A DNA stretch of 64,000 bases from Tubulanus polymorphus (lineage: Eukaryota > Animalia > Nemertea). Both the position numbers and the translations under genes were made by a program. Positions 39,501-51,800 of the stretch are shown piece by piece. Each line of letters opens with the position of its first letter. The first letter of the stretch is position 1. Location: NCBI RefSeq assembly GCF_964204645.1, contig NC_134029.1, forward strand, positions 23,616,950 to 23,680,949. Direction: 5' to 3'. Under the pieces are notes generated by a model that had not been told where the DNA came from, searched no databases, and was given only the letters and a program-made list of their open reading frames with translations.

Positions 39501-42500
39501 ACAAAAAGTAAGTTTAGATTACTATTGCTAATCCTCTGTATCAATTATCCAACAATTATTGATGATATCTTAAATCTTATTATTCTGACAAGTCTCAAGA
39601 TTTATCGAAATCTCAATATAAGAGAAACAGTTTTTTCATCATTACTGATTCTCTGATGATGATGATTAGATGAATCGCAAAACTATCAGAACAATGAACA
39701 TTAGGCATCGTCTAAGATCATTCATTATATTCTTAATCGAGAATCGATCAGTTTATGTCATATTATAGTTTATCTAAATATCGTCATCTGAGAAACAGAA
39801 ATGATAATTCATCTAAGTCTTAAAACTTTCAGAAAAATAAACTAAAGAAATCATCAATGTTGGAAGATTGTTCGTATATATTTTATGCTGAGAATATATC
39901 AGTTTTTTTCGTACTCCATATTTGCATCTATTTTACTCATTTATTCATGAACTATTCTCTGATTATAGAAGAATTTGCGCCGGCCGCATTCGGCAAATAC
40001 AACGTACACAAGATAGAAAACGGCGTAATCAAGACAGACATTATCTACAGACATTGCGATAAATGTAATTTCGTCACGATAAGTTATAAATTCTTCGCGG
40101 CTCACATGTTGAGAAGTCATAAGGAAACGATTGCGTACGGCTGTTCACGATGCGAGGCCGAGTTCGACACGTTTGAATCGTACGATGAACATCGTAAGAG
40201 AAACTGCATGGCAAAACAGAGTAAGTGTTTATATTCTACTCTGAAGCCAGTTCTACAGTTTCACAGTTTGTTTGTTTGGTTTCCCAAGACTAACAATATT
40301 GAATTGTTCATTTAACCTCAAAACAGGACCTTTGAAGTCTTTTTGAACTACTCAAACAGTGTTTTTAGTAAGAAATTAAGAAGCCAGGTCCCTTCGAAAA
40401 ACAGGAGGGTCCCATGATATGTCACAGTCCCTGAAACGAAAGCTGGTTTGAAAAAAAAGGTGTGTCCTTAAAATACGACAGATGGGTCTGGGACCCGGGA
40501 CCTGGCTCTTATTGAAAACACTGCCAAACCCACCTGACACTCTGTTAGCGAATGCAACATCATCACACCTTATCCCACTGAGTTACTCGGGCTGATTAAG
40601 TGGATCTTGATCTATTGTGGAAATGGATCCAGATAAGAATGTGGCTCCACGATCTCCACTGATTCAACGATGATGAATCTATTTTACTATTTTTCAGTAC
40701 GTGCCGAGTTACAGCTGCAAGCAGACGCCGGACATGAAATCAGTCGAACTCAATGTCAATACAAGGACTATATATATCTAGTGAATTATTCCAGTGGTCA
40801 AGTGAAACCTATATACATTTGCGATGAATGTGAATATTGGGAATCTCACAGTATTCTCGATCACAGTATTCACCGTCGCGATTCTCATAACGATACAAAA
40901 TACTCATTCTGCTGTTCAGATTGTGAATATCAATCGGACAATTACATCAACTTCAAGAAGCATCGCGTCAGTCATTCGGATAATACGACGCTTTTATGTG
41001 ATTCGTGTAACTATGTGGCGTCGAATTGGAGAACTTTGAATGTTCACGTGCACAGACATACAGGTAATAATCCTAAACCGGATCCTTACAATTCCTTGAT
41101 TCCCTAAAATCTCCTTCAATACGGATAATTTTTTTAAAGCTGCTCGAAACAAATTGCCCAAAACTCCTTCAATTTTGAGAAATAGGCAATTAGAATTATA
41201 CATGAAACTGAATTAGAACCTAATTCCTGATTCTACCATTCAAACCAATGTTGTAAATGGCAGAGTTGGGTTTACCATTAGCAATGGGTTTATCATTGAA
41301 GGGTTAGGGTTAGGTATTTAGAGATAGAAGTTTGGCAGCTCTTTAATCATTTGAGGTCTTGGCGTCTCGACGACATTAACCACCAGTAATAATTATACGG
41401 TAAATTTGTGATTCTTTCTTTCAGGTGAACGGCCATTTTTATGCGATATATGTGGCAGCTCATTCTTGTCGACTAAACGAATGCGACAACATAAACTCAT
41501 TCATTCATGTACGTATGATATTGAGATTCGGTCTAGACCCTTATACCGGGGAATCTCATTTGAATGAACTTAAGTTCCTTGTAACAATAATGATGATAAT
41601 AATGATAGTAAAAGTGATAATGATGATTCATTTTCTTGATATATCGCATTATTTACACAGTAATCTCTGCACTTTAAATAAGATGAGGAAAAAAAATTTT
41701 TAGTGCGATCATCGGTGAAATACTCGATAACAAATTAACACTGTCAAATTGTTTTATTTATATGTTTACGGGTCTACATTTTCAGCCGGTTTCCAATATA
41801 AGTGCGGACACGTGAACTGTGATTACGCCACGAACCACTTGACCGCGTTAAACAAACACAGAGCGTCGCAACATTTAACCGAACACGATAAATACAAATG
41901 CAGCGGTTGCGATTACACGACGAAATTCCTCGAACATTTGAAACGTCATTTGCGAATACACCTCGGGATGATGGAGTTTAAATGTCCTGATTGCGATTTC
42001 ATGTCGTACGAGCAGCACAGCGTGCGTCGACATATGATTAAACATACGAATGTAGCCGAGTACGTTTGCGATACGTGCGGACTCTCGACGTCGACGCTTC
42101 ATAATCTACGCTTGCACACGATGGCGCACGAGGGCATTAAACCTTACAAGTGCTCCGTGTGCGGATTTCAGTCGTTGTACAAGAGGAAAATCAAACGACA
42201 CATTACGCGAATACATCCGGGACAAAACGGAATCTGCATCGACACTGGGGCTAGACTTAATTACAAAGTGAAGAAAACGAATAATCTACATCACGATAAA
42301 GTTATGCGCGTGATTTACGGTTTGAAAGACCTCACCGATACCGACGCGACTTTACAGCTGTACGTGAAAGAGATTCGTAACGTTTGCGACAATGAAATTA
42401 TAACTCTTCAATGCGATAAATGCACGTACGTAAATCGTAGTTCGAACGCATTTATTCTGCATAGATTGATCGCTCACACCGAGGGTATTCAACTGCCACC

Positions 42501-42744
42501 GATTACCGATCCGACCAGACGCACGACGCCGAGTTCGAAATTGAAAAGTAAAAATTCCAAAGTGCCGGTTATGAAACTTTCGACGGAAGAACAACCGGAA
42601 GAAGCGACCGGTTCGGTAACTTATCAATCGTTAGATGGTAATGAACAGTTGGTAACGACTTATGTCGGTTTATTAGATAATGATTCGACTGAAGTGATTC
42701 ATTATTCCTCTGATTTAACGATATCTTCTGAAATTGATGTGTAA
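36537..42744 (+). CDS. Multi-C2H2 zinc-finger protein A (about 9 coding exons)
   Basis: In-frame exons at ~36537, 36730, 37890, 38486, 39251, 39969, 40699, 41426 and 41786 encode CxxC...HxxxH fingers and HTGERPF / HEGIKPYKC linkers. Confidence 0.85.
38841..39081. mobile_element. Two abutting hairpin MITEs (38841-38969 and 38973-39081) sharing a CTG target
   Basis: gggccggttccatagtc...gactatggaactggccc, then ctg, then a family-B copy. Confidence 0.75.
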
Positions 42745-43504
42745 TAAAAAAACCTGTGAATCGTAGGCTTTTAGATCGATCAAATACGCCACACAAAATC
42801 ATAACTATAACATAATTCATCCATGAAAATAGTACGACTGATTTCACCGAGTCAGTACATGAAATAAACTGTACAGGTCATTTCTGGTGTGGTCAGTTCT
42901 GGCATATGATGAGGATGAAGTGACTCTGCGAAATCGATTGTATGTGTGTCATCTGTTTGGGAGAATATACATGTACTTGAATATGTGTGAAAGAAGTGTT
43001 TCTGCAATATTGTTTGAAATTAGTTATGTACATGTGAATGTATAAATCATATATTATTATTATAATTGGAATAAAATCTCAATTTCTTAAATCAATCAAT
43101 GAATCATCTTGAATGTCGTATTTGTCTATGGAGATAAGACAAGTCGGATGTGGTTGTATCTTTTAGAATTTGGAACTTATGACATTCTAACAACTTAAGA
43201 AAAGTGGTTGGGGGCGTCACGTGTACTTTTGTTGGATCCACACCTGGTATGATAGAATTTGTGAGCAATCCTTCAAGAAGAGAGACATAGAAAACATTAA
43301 AACACATTGGTTTTCTGAAAAGTTTATATTAATGTTAAGTATAGGTATCAATAGAACAATGAATAACAACAAAATAGTTTAACAGACCGGTAGACTGATA
43401 GCGTATTTCGGAGTCAATGAGCAACTGATTTAACAATTCATTCAGACAATTATGAAGTTTTGACTAAACTTCATCAGTTTACTGTCGGAATAAATAGTCG
43501 AAGC

Positions 43505-46500
43505 TTAACGTACGTTATCGTCACTTTCTCGAGTCTGAACTTCAGTTTCTGCCGCCACGTTTATACTTTCGTCGTCTACAACGTTAACGATGAAAGATTT
43601 GCGAATGCGTCGCGTTTCATCAGTTATAGGAGGAAGACTTCGTAAACAATCGGTATGTTCTATTAACTGATGTAACACTAAAGCGTTATTACTCTGCGAC
43701 ACGTATTCACATTCGTTACACTGAACGCTCAATACGTCTTTATCCTCTATTTTCTGCATGTTACTAACGTAAACTTCGATTTTCCCGTCCGTTAAAAATC
43801 TCATCGCGTAATTCACTCGTAAAACCTCACTACTCGAACCGCTGTCTTTACGCGTGATTTCGATCGTCTCGTGCGCGTTGGTCTTGACGACCGTACCGAC
43901 GCCGCGATGCTTCACGCGGATATGACGATCGGTGCTCTCGCGCTCGGAGAACTGACTACCGCATTCTCCACACGCGTACGGTTTTAACCCTCGATGCGAC
44001 ATCACGTGTCGTTTCATATCGTAGGCCGTCGATTTCACGGTGCCGCAAAATTCGCAAACGTATTCGGGCGTTTTGGTATGTTTAACCATGTGACCTCGCA
44101 CGGAATGCTGTTCGTACGCCATGTAATCACAATACGGACATTTAAACTCTTTCATACCGAGGTGAAGTTTCACGTGTCGTCGAAATTCCGTTTGTCGTTT
44201 CGCGACGTATCCGCACGACAGACATAAATTCGAGCGATCAATATCGTGAAGTCCTACGTGCCGCGTTAGACTCGCTTTGTAAATGGTCGAAAAATCGCAT
44301 CCTTCAAACGTACAGCGTAGCAGCTCCATTCCTTCTACAAAATGAATCGAAAAATATACGATAACAAGTATGAGTTCTATTGAATTTCATACAGTCGAGC
44401 TTTGAAGTCGTCATCCGCCTAATTCGGGTCACATGAAATGTTCGATTTCTTACAACGATCAAATCCTATTTTATCCGATCTGAGTGCACATAGGACAGTG
44501 ATCAGCATTCCGTTCAAAATGATCTTTAATTCTTAAGACCGAATCGCAGATGATCACATCGGATCTTAGCACGACCCGGCATAGGCATTAGTTGTCATTT
44601 GGATAAGTCATCATACTACGCATACTTTTATATCTTCAATATTTTTGAGTTCCATATTTCACATTCTTATATTTGCTTCTGTGTTACACGTACCTTCTTT
44701 GTGTTTAGAAGCCATGTGGCAAGCTAACAACTTTTCACTCGTAGTTCGGTGGTCACATTTAGAGCATGAAAACGGACGATCATCTGAAAACAACAAGAGC
44801 CGACAGATAACAAAGAGAATCAAAGTAAGGAGAATGTGGTGAAGGCTGAGCTCAGTTGTATAGTCAATCTAAGACCATCTTAGTTCTTAAGACTATAATA
44901 CATAGTTTTCTTTTTCCGGTTTGGGATTTTTATATTATCGTTACGACAAGGACTCAGAGTTTCATCAATGATTATTCTGAAAGACCATTCCAAGCTGTGA
45001 ATGTGCAACTGGGCCCTCAAGAATGATGGATTGAAGCACAAACTTCAACTATATTTAGATTAAAGTAGCAAAACCGGGCCCCAATACTATGAATGATGGA
45101 TCAAATGCCATGACAGTCTACAGTAGAACTCACTTAATTCGGATTTTTCAATCCGGATTTTTGCTTAATTCGGATGAAATATTCAGTCCATTTAACCTGG
45201 AACAATGTCAATTATCAATTATTGTATGAAATTTGAATTTTACTTTATTCGAAGAAATCTGAGCATTCCCCAGTCATCTGAATTGAGTGAGTTCTACACT
45301 GTATGAATGAGAGATAGAATGCTCTACACTGTATGAATGATAGATAGAATGCTCTACACTGTATGAATGATAGATAGAATGCTCTACACTGTATGAATGT
45401 TGACTCTACACTGTATGAATGATAGATAGAATGCTCTACACTGTATGAATGAGAGATAGAATGCTCTACACTGTATGAATGTTGACTCTACACTGTATGA
45501 ATGATGACTCTACACTGTATGAATGATGACTCTACACTGTATGAATGATAGATAGAATGCTCTACACTGTATGAATGATGACTCTACACTGTATGAATGA
45601 GAGATAGAATGCTCTACACTGTATGAATGATGACTCTACACTGTATGAATGATATATAGAATGCTCTACACTGTATGAATGATAGATAGAATGCTCTACA
45701 CTGTATGAATGATAGATAGAATGCTCTACACTGTATGAATGATAGATAGAATGCTCTACACTGTATGAATGATAGATAGAATGCTCTACACTGTATGAAT
45801 GATATATAGAATGCTATACCTGTGTGACGAATCATATGTCGTTTTAGTACAAATTTACTCCTCGCAATATATCCACAAATTTCACAAATAAGTCTACCAG
45901 CATTTTCTAATCGTTTCTGATCATTGTTTTTACTCCTGTAAACGACTTTATTCGACGCCGCGTGATGTTTACAATGTTTATTATACTCGCTGTAACTGTT
46001 ACACGTAAACGCACAGTTATGACACTCGTACACGTCCGAGATGCCGTGTATTGATAGCATGTGTTTCGCGAATACGGAGATCTTAGCGGTTTCGAAGTGG
46101 CATTTATCGCATCGATGAGCTTTCTTCGTTACACCTCCGGGATAATGATACAGATAGATGTATCGGGCGTTTTCACAACGTTCTATGTTTAAGTTGATCG
46201 GTTCACTGCTTACTTCACCAGCTACAATAAACGAATTCAATGCGTCATTATAACGAACGAGAAACAGAGACAGATACAGACACATTTGAGATTTTCTGAA
46301 GCCCTTTTCGAAAAAGTATAGCCCTACAATACTCCACATGTATTTGTAATTTAACTAACCCCTAGGGGTAACTCATTTACTGCGCCCAGGTTATCCAGGA
46401 AAATATGAGAGGAGCCTTACACAAGATTCTACAGCGGAACCTCGTTACAGCAAACTTCACAGGACCAGAAAAGAAAATCTGTTCGTTATAACCGATAGTA

Positions 46501-47811
46501 CGTTATATCCAGTATGAAATTAATCAAATTTTCTTACTTGGAACGAAAATCTATATTTGTTATTTATTGATGAATCGTTGGTATCTGAGTTTGTTATAAC
46601 GAGGTTCCGCCCTCACACAATACATACCAAGTTGTTTTGTATTACTGTGGTTATTCCTGTGCGATTTCCGATGACTTGCGTAACTAGGGTAACTCGGACT
46701 GCGAAACGGACAATCGTGACATTCGAACGCGTCGTGAACGTCGTGTTCGTTCTTCATGTGACTAGCGAATAATCCGATACGTCTGTTCTCATAGCCACAG
46801 ATATCACAAACATGAATCTTATTTTGAATTCCGGCAGACGTCGTCCCGATGTAGACGTATTTGGTGAATGCACATTTTCGCTGATCCGTATTTTCAACAA
46901 CTGAAAAATAGATGGTCGTAATCATTACTAATGATTTTTGAAAACTTACTCAAAGACAACAGGACAGTTTTTGATTCTCAGGATATTTCCAGGAATCTAC
47001 ATAACCCTTTCAGTGCTGACTTATTAATATGTGACACGTATGATAACATTAAAGTGCAGGAGCCAGTTGCTCAAAAGTTGGTAAGAGTTAACCAGTGGAT
47101 AGTTGATATGGTGACAATTGAAATTTCATTGTTACCATGGTATTTAACGGCCGGTTATCTTTAACCAACTTTTGAGTAACTGGCCCCTGGAGACAATTCA
47201 GAAAAATTCCACCCCAGTGTGTTGAATAACAGCCATACCGCGCGTCTACACTGCGGTGTATCGTTAGTTATTAATATCACACTATGACAGGTGCTTCCAT
47301 CTTTCAATGAATTACACAATGGTCAGTGATTTGGTGTAATGGGTAAGTCCATCACCGATTTATACACCGCACTGCGGTGTAGACGCATTGAAAGGATTAA
47401 GAAATTCCAAACTCCGAGTGTTAACAATTTGCCAGATATTTGTTCAGAAGACTACTCTATATACCGGTAGTGGCGGTACAAAAAAGAGCTGGTCTCATTT
47501 TACAAATACAAACCTCGATTATTATTTTGATTGTAAGATATATCTGTGGTCTCCTCTATTAAACTTGTGTTGTTATTGTGATATGTTTTCTGTAATGAAC
47601 AGATGATATCTGACAAACGATTTGATGATTTACGTTCACTCCGGCGCAGCACGGTTTCATCTTTACTCGTCGTGCTCACCACTTCTTCGATTTCGATGAC
47701 AACCTCATCTACATTTACGGATGGATTTATAACAGTTAGGCCTAGTTCTGCTCGTCCATCAATTATCATATTCTGCTCCCCTTTCCATTCAGCCTGTAAT
47801 TCAACAGCCAT
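43505..47811 (-). CDS. Multi-C2H2 zinc-finger protein B, paralog of A (about 5 coding exons)
   Basis: Exons ~47518-47811, 46629-46900, 45820-46221, 44695-44783 and 43505-44333; the last exon aligns with the last exon of gene A. Confidence 0.85.
45121..45301. mobile_element. Tc1/mariner-like MITE (TA TSD)
   Basis: ta|cagtagaactcacttaattcgga ... tctgaattgagtgagttctacactg|ta; related copy at 53770-53945. Confidence 0.7.
45292..45817. repeat. Intronic minisatellite with mixed 30-bp and ~22-bp units
   Basis: Units ctctacactgtatgaatgatagatagaatg and ctctacactgtatgaatgatga. Confidence 0.95.
46432..46612. mobile_element. Tc1/mariner (Tigger-like) MITE
   Basis: cagcggaacctcgttacagcaaact ... agtttgttataacgaggttccgc. 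Confidence 0.65.
47005..47396 (+). mobile_element. Older piggyBac-like MITE copy with a nested hairpin MITE (47060-47186)
   Basis: ccctttcagtgctgac start and gacgcattgaaagga|ttaa end; the insert has TIR gccagttgctcaaaagttgg/ccaacttttgagtaactggc. Confidence 0.75.
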
Positions 47812-48167
47812 TTCTCCGTTCGGTGCCTAATCTATGAAGAGAAGAAATGAAGGAATTATTTATTGAAACAAATTCATGAAGCTCAGAGAAAAGGCATTAT
47901 CATTTTAATGTTTATTCTTCATAGCTAAAACGTGTTTCAAGACTTACTTAAGTGTGCACCAAAGTTCAGATGGGATTTTAATCAATTGAAATAGATTTTG
48001 TACGATATTCCAATAAATTACGTTCAATGTGGTATTGATTTGAATTTAATGGCTCCACAGATAAACGGGTGGCTCCAACGAATGTGTTCTATGTGGCAGT
48101 CGAGTAGGGTGTGGCACTCACTCGGAACCAGTCAAAGTCCGTTGTCCGATTCCGGATTATCGCGATC

Positions 48168-48185
48168 AGCCGCTAGATGGCAACG
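48168..48185. promoter_or_regulatory. CTCF-like motif in the ZNF-B/KLF divergent promoter
   Basis: agccgctagatggcaac; similar tagatggcagcac at ~36244 in the INTS14/ZNF-A promoter. Confidence 0.45.
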
Positions 48186-48850
48186 TTGTAGCTATGACGC
48201 AGTTTTCACTTCCTGGTTGGAAGAAATCGGGGATTTATTTTAGAATATTTTGACAAATGAAAGTATTAGAGTAAGTGAATCGTATACAGTAACAGTTACT
48301 GAGTTGTGAAACATGATCGCGTCAGTTTAATCTCATTTCGTCTGCTCTATTTTTACACCATTTACCTTTTAGTTCGACTTCTTGAAGAAAGTTCTTCGTA
48401 CACTTCGTGCTCATTCTCACACAGATTCATTCTAACTCATTTGACATTCGATTCGATTTTGACATGATATTTTATAGCATTGATTGTTGACAAATTGTGA
48501 CTGACCTTACTCACCTGTGCGGTGTTCGTTTCACGTCATTGTCAATTTTTGTTTGATTTTTGACAAGCTGGTCATCTAAAATAATAATCATTCTTTTCTA
48601 GGATTTGTTGGCTGCCTATATTAAACAATGAGATTATAAATATTGGCTATATTTAGTAAGACCTACATTGAGTGGCGTACTACCTTTTAACAACAGCCAA
48701 TCAAGATTACAATTTTGAAATTCAGTTTAATTGTAAATAAAAGTGCCTATAGACCTCTCTACTAAACACTGATTACCAGATATTGTTAGTTTTCTTTGAC
48801 TTATATCGTTCCAGGATTTTGAAATGTAAGGAACCGATTGTATCGTTGAC

Positions 48851-51800
48851 ATGATGGCATGTGCGTGTGTATCAGGAGATAATCATTGCTTTGCTGAGTC
48901 AAAAGGTGTCAATTCTAAAGTTTCTAAAAGGTAAGATTTGTTATTTTTTATATAGGGGATGTTAATCGGGTGACTGTACGAAACTTTGCTAGGACGAGTC
49001 ATATTGTCATAGATACAATGTTAATTGTCAGATCCCTGACTGATCCAGGAGTGGTTAGAACCCTTATCTTAAAGTACAACTGACAAGATATTACTTTATT
49101 CAACATTTAGGTATTGGTGAGGACAGTGAATCCAACTGTTTATCGAACATATTAAAGTGTTGAACTGTTTAATTTAGCGTTTTCTTGTATTATTGGTGAT
49201 TGTAAAGCCTCTAGGACTGATTGAAATCAAAGCTCATCATCAGTTACTAAATGAAAAAAATATGAATTAGAAATACTCATGGTATAGAATGGGGTATTGG
49301 CACAACACCAGATGGCGCAATAATACGCTCAGTTGCCAATGGGATTTAAGGATTTTAAGGTTCCCTAAAGCAAATGTTTTCAAACAAATCATCAAAATAG
49401 AATATGTAGGCTTATCCAACTAATCAAAAAAGTTTGTTCCAATTGAATTATGAATCTAAATATAAATTTCTGGATCGATCAATATTATCTTAAAATCAAA
49501 TAACTTCAACATTTCATAACTTTTCGATGGAGATATAAAGATTCTGTGTAGAGAATTAAAAAATTTCATTTTTAACAGCGTTTCAGCATTTGGCTTAGTT
49601 TAGATATGGGAAACATTTGAGATTTGTAAGATAGGTCAATCAAGGTTAGATGGATATGAATTTTATCATCGAGTTGAGATTGGCATATACTGACAGAGAG
49701 CATTTGTATTTATAGAATATTACTCTTTTTATGCCGCGTTGCTATTTTTGGAATAATAGTAGTTACATATCTCGTATCTGGGAAACTAATTAGGCAGAAA
49801 AACGTGATGACGAGGACACGAGGAAGAGTTGCTATTGTGTGTCAATCACGCGCGCGCGACCGTACACCACACACACACAAGCTGTTTCTCGTATTCACGC
49901 CCACCACCACACCTACTGCAGGAATTCCGTTCATGCCACCCTTCCTCATATTCTCGACCCATCCTGGTATGGTTTCCATAGTAACCAATATCAGGCTGTC
50001 AGTATTGGGATTGTTCGTCATTGTGGGAGTATTGATTGTATGTTTTAAGTATTACGTCTGTTGGAGCCACCCGTGTAGCAGCAGTATTACCCGATCCGGT
50101 GAAACTAGTCAAAGTTCACTGTTTCTTCCGGATGGTTGATCACATGATGAATCGAATTGATAATTATTTTGAATAATTGGCTGTGGCTGGTATTATAAAT
50201 AATGGAATGAATTCTGGCTATATTCATATGACGAAATATGCAGATCAATTTATCATTATCAGATATCGATCACGATGTATTGTATAATATCTAGTCGATA
50301 TGACCTCAGTTAGTAGTAGACCCCTGTATTAACCTATAGGTGCATGCTCGCGAAAGCTTTCACTAGAATTGTGGTTAAAAAGTTGAAGTGACAAGATGTT
50401 TGACCCGTTTTCAAAAGTCCTACTTTCTGAAAGTAGTTTAATGGCTTTCCTCTTATTTCCAGCTGACTTTGACACTCGAGTTAGAAATCGAAAAAAAAAA
50501 ACAGATCAATCTTAGAACTAGACGAATATTGTAGAATATTGTAGAGGTGTTCGACTGAACGAAGTGGCTTCAATCGTCACAATCAGAAGTCGTGAACTGT
50601 TTAAGAGATTTAATTGATTTTCGTTCCAGCACTGATGACCTTATTTGTACTGCTGATAACAACACTTCCAAAACGGATGATCTACGTGTAGAGTGTATTT
50701 CTAGTCATAATAATCAGGTAGGATCATTGTATGTAAGGGTATTCTTCTCGTGGTGATCGGATTGTATTCATTATTTACCGTTTTAATGTTTGTCCTATTC
50801 ATATTACCACAAATAACATATCATAGCTACATCCTGGTACTATTTACATGTTCCCCTTTAAGTCAAAACTGTTGTTATGAATTCGAAAATGTACACTTCT
50901 ATAGACTAGTAATGATGGTGTATAAACGTACAGTTTTGTTTCGGGTCTGGGACAGAAACTTTGCGAAGAATACTTTTATTACACTTGATACCTGGAAACT
51001 CGGTATTTGTGTATTGTTTTGAATGGTTTCGCCGCGATATTATGAGGTTCTATTTGGTTCTAATTAATTCGATTTCGACGCAGAAAGGGCGTCGGTTTTC
51101 ATTTTTACTTCCTGTTTATAATTACATTACGGTGTTGTTGGCTGTATAAGCAGAGCATATGGCGTAATTTTTCTGCACATAGACACATAAACCACACCCT
51201 AGTGTAGGGCGTGTCAGCAATTGACCCATTTGATAAAGAATTCATTTGTGCGTTAAACTGCCGTATGTACTAGTTTGCTTTGTACAATGATAAAACTTTT
51301 GACGGGACGAAACTAGTATAACTGGAATATAGATTTCACCGTTTTACGAACCGTTATATAAATTGCTGGAACTAGCGCGACGTAGAGCAGTTCGGGACGC
51401 CGCAAATTTAAATAATGATCGTCGAACGTTTAAAGAATGAAATCGGTGGTATTATGTTTCAGGAAATGGTCGAAGACGAAAACAAGAACTCGACTCAAGT
51501 TGATCTCGAGACTTGTCAACGACAAAAATTAAACGGCGATCGCGATTTCGTCGTCGCTGGTGATATAGAGACAGTCGGTGTTAGATCGAACGATGATAGC
51601 GGAACGGACGAACAATCATTAGACGACGACGATTCGTACGATCGGAAAGATGTTCGTAGTAATACGACGTCTCGTATCAAAAAAATCAAGTGCACCGCCG
51701 GCGATCGACAAACCGTGTTGAAAATACCCTGCTTCCAAGTGAAGAACAAACCCACCAAACCGAACCGCCTCATCTCAAAAATAAACGAATTGGCCGCGTT

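Noticed and set aside
41300-41315. Telomeric TTAGGG repeats (also near 63680 and 63810)
   Set aside because: Only 2-3 imperfect units, consistent with a transposon-internal motif rather than a telomere
45614-45817. (YLSFIQCRAF)n repeat at the end of ORF 45614-46339
   Set aside because: Lies after the HT-G|gtatag splice donor, so it is intronic read-through
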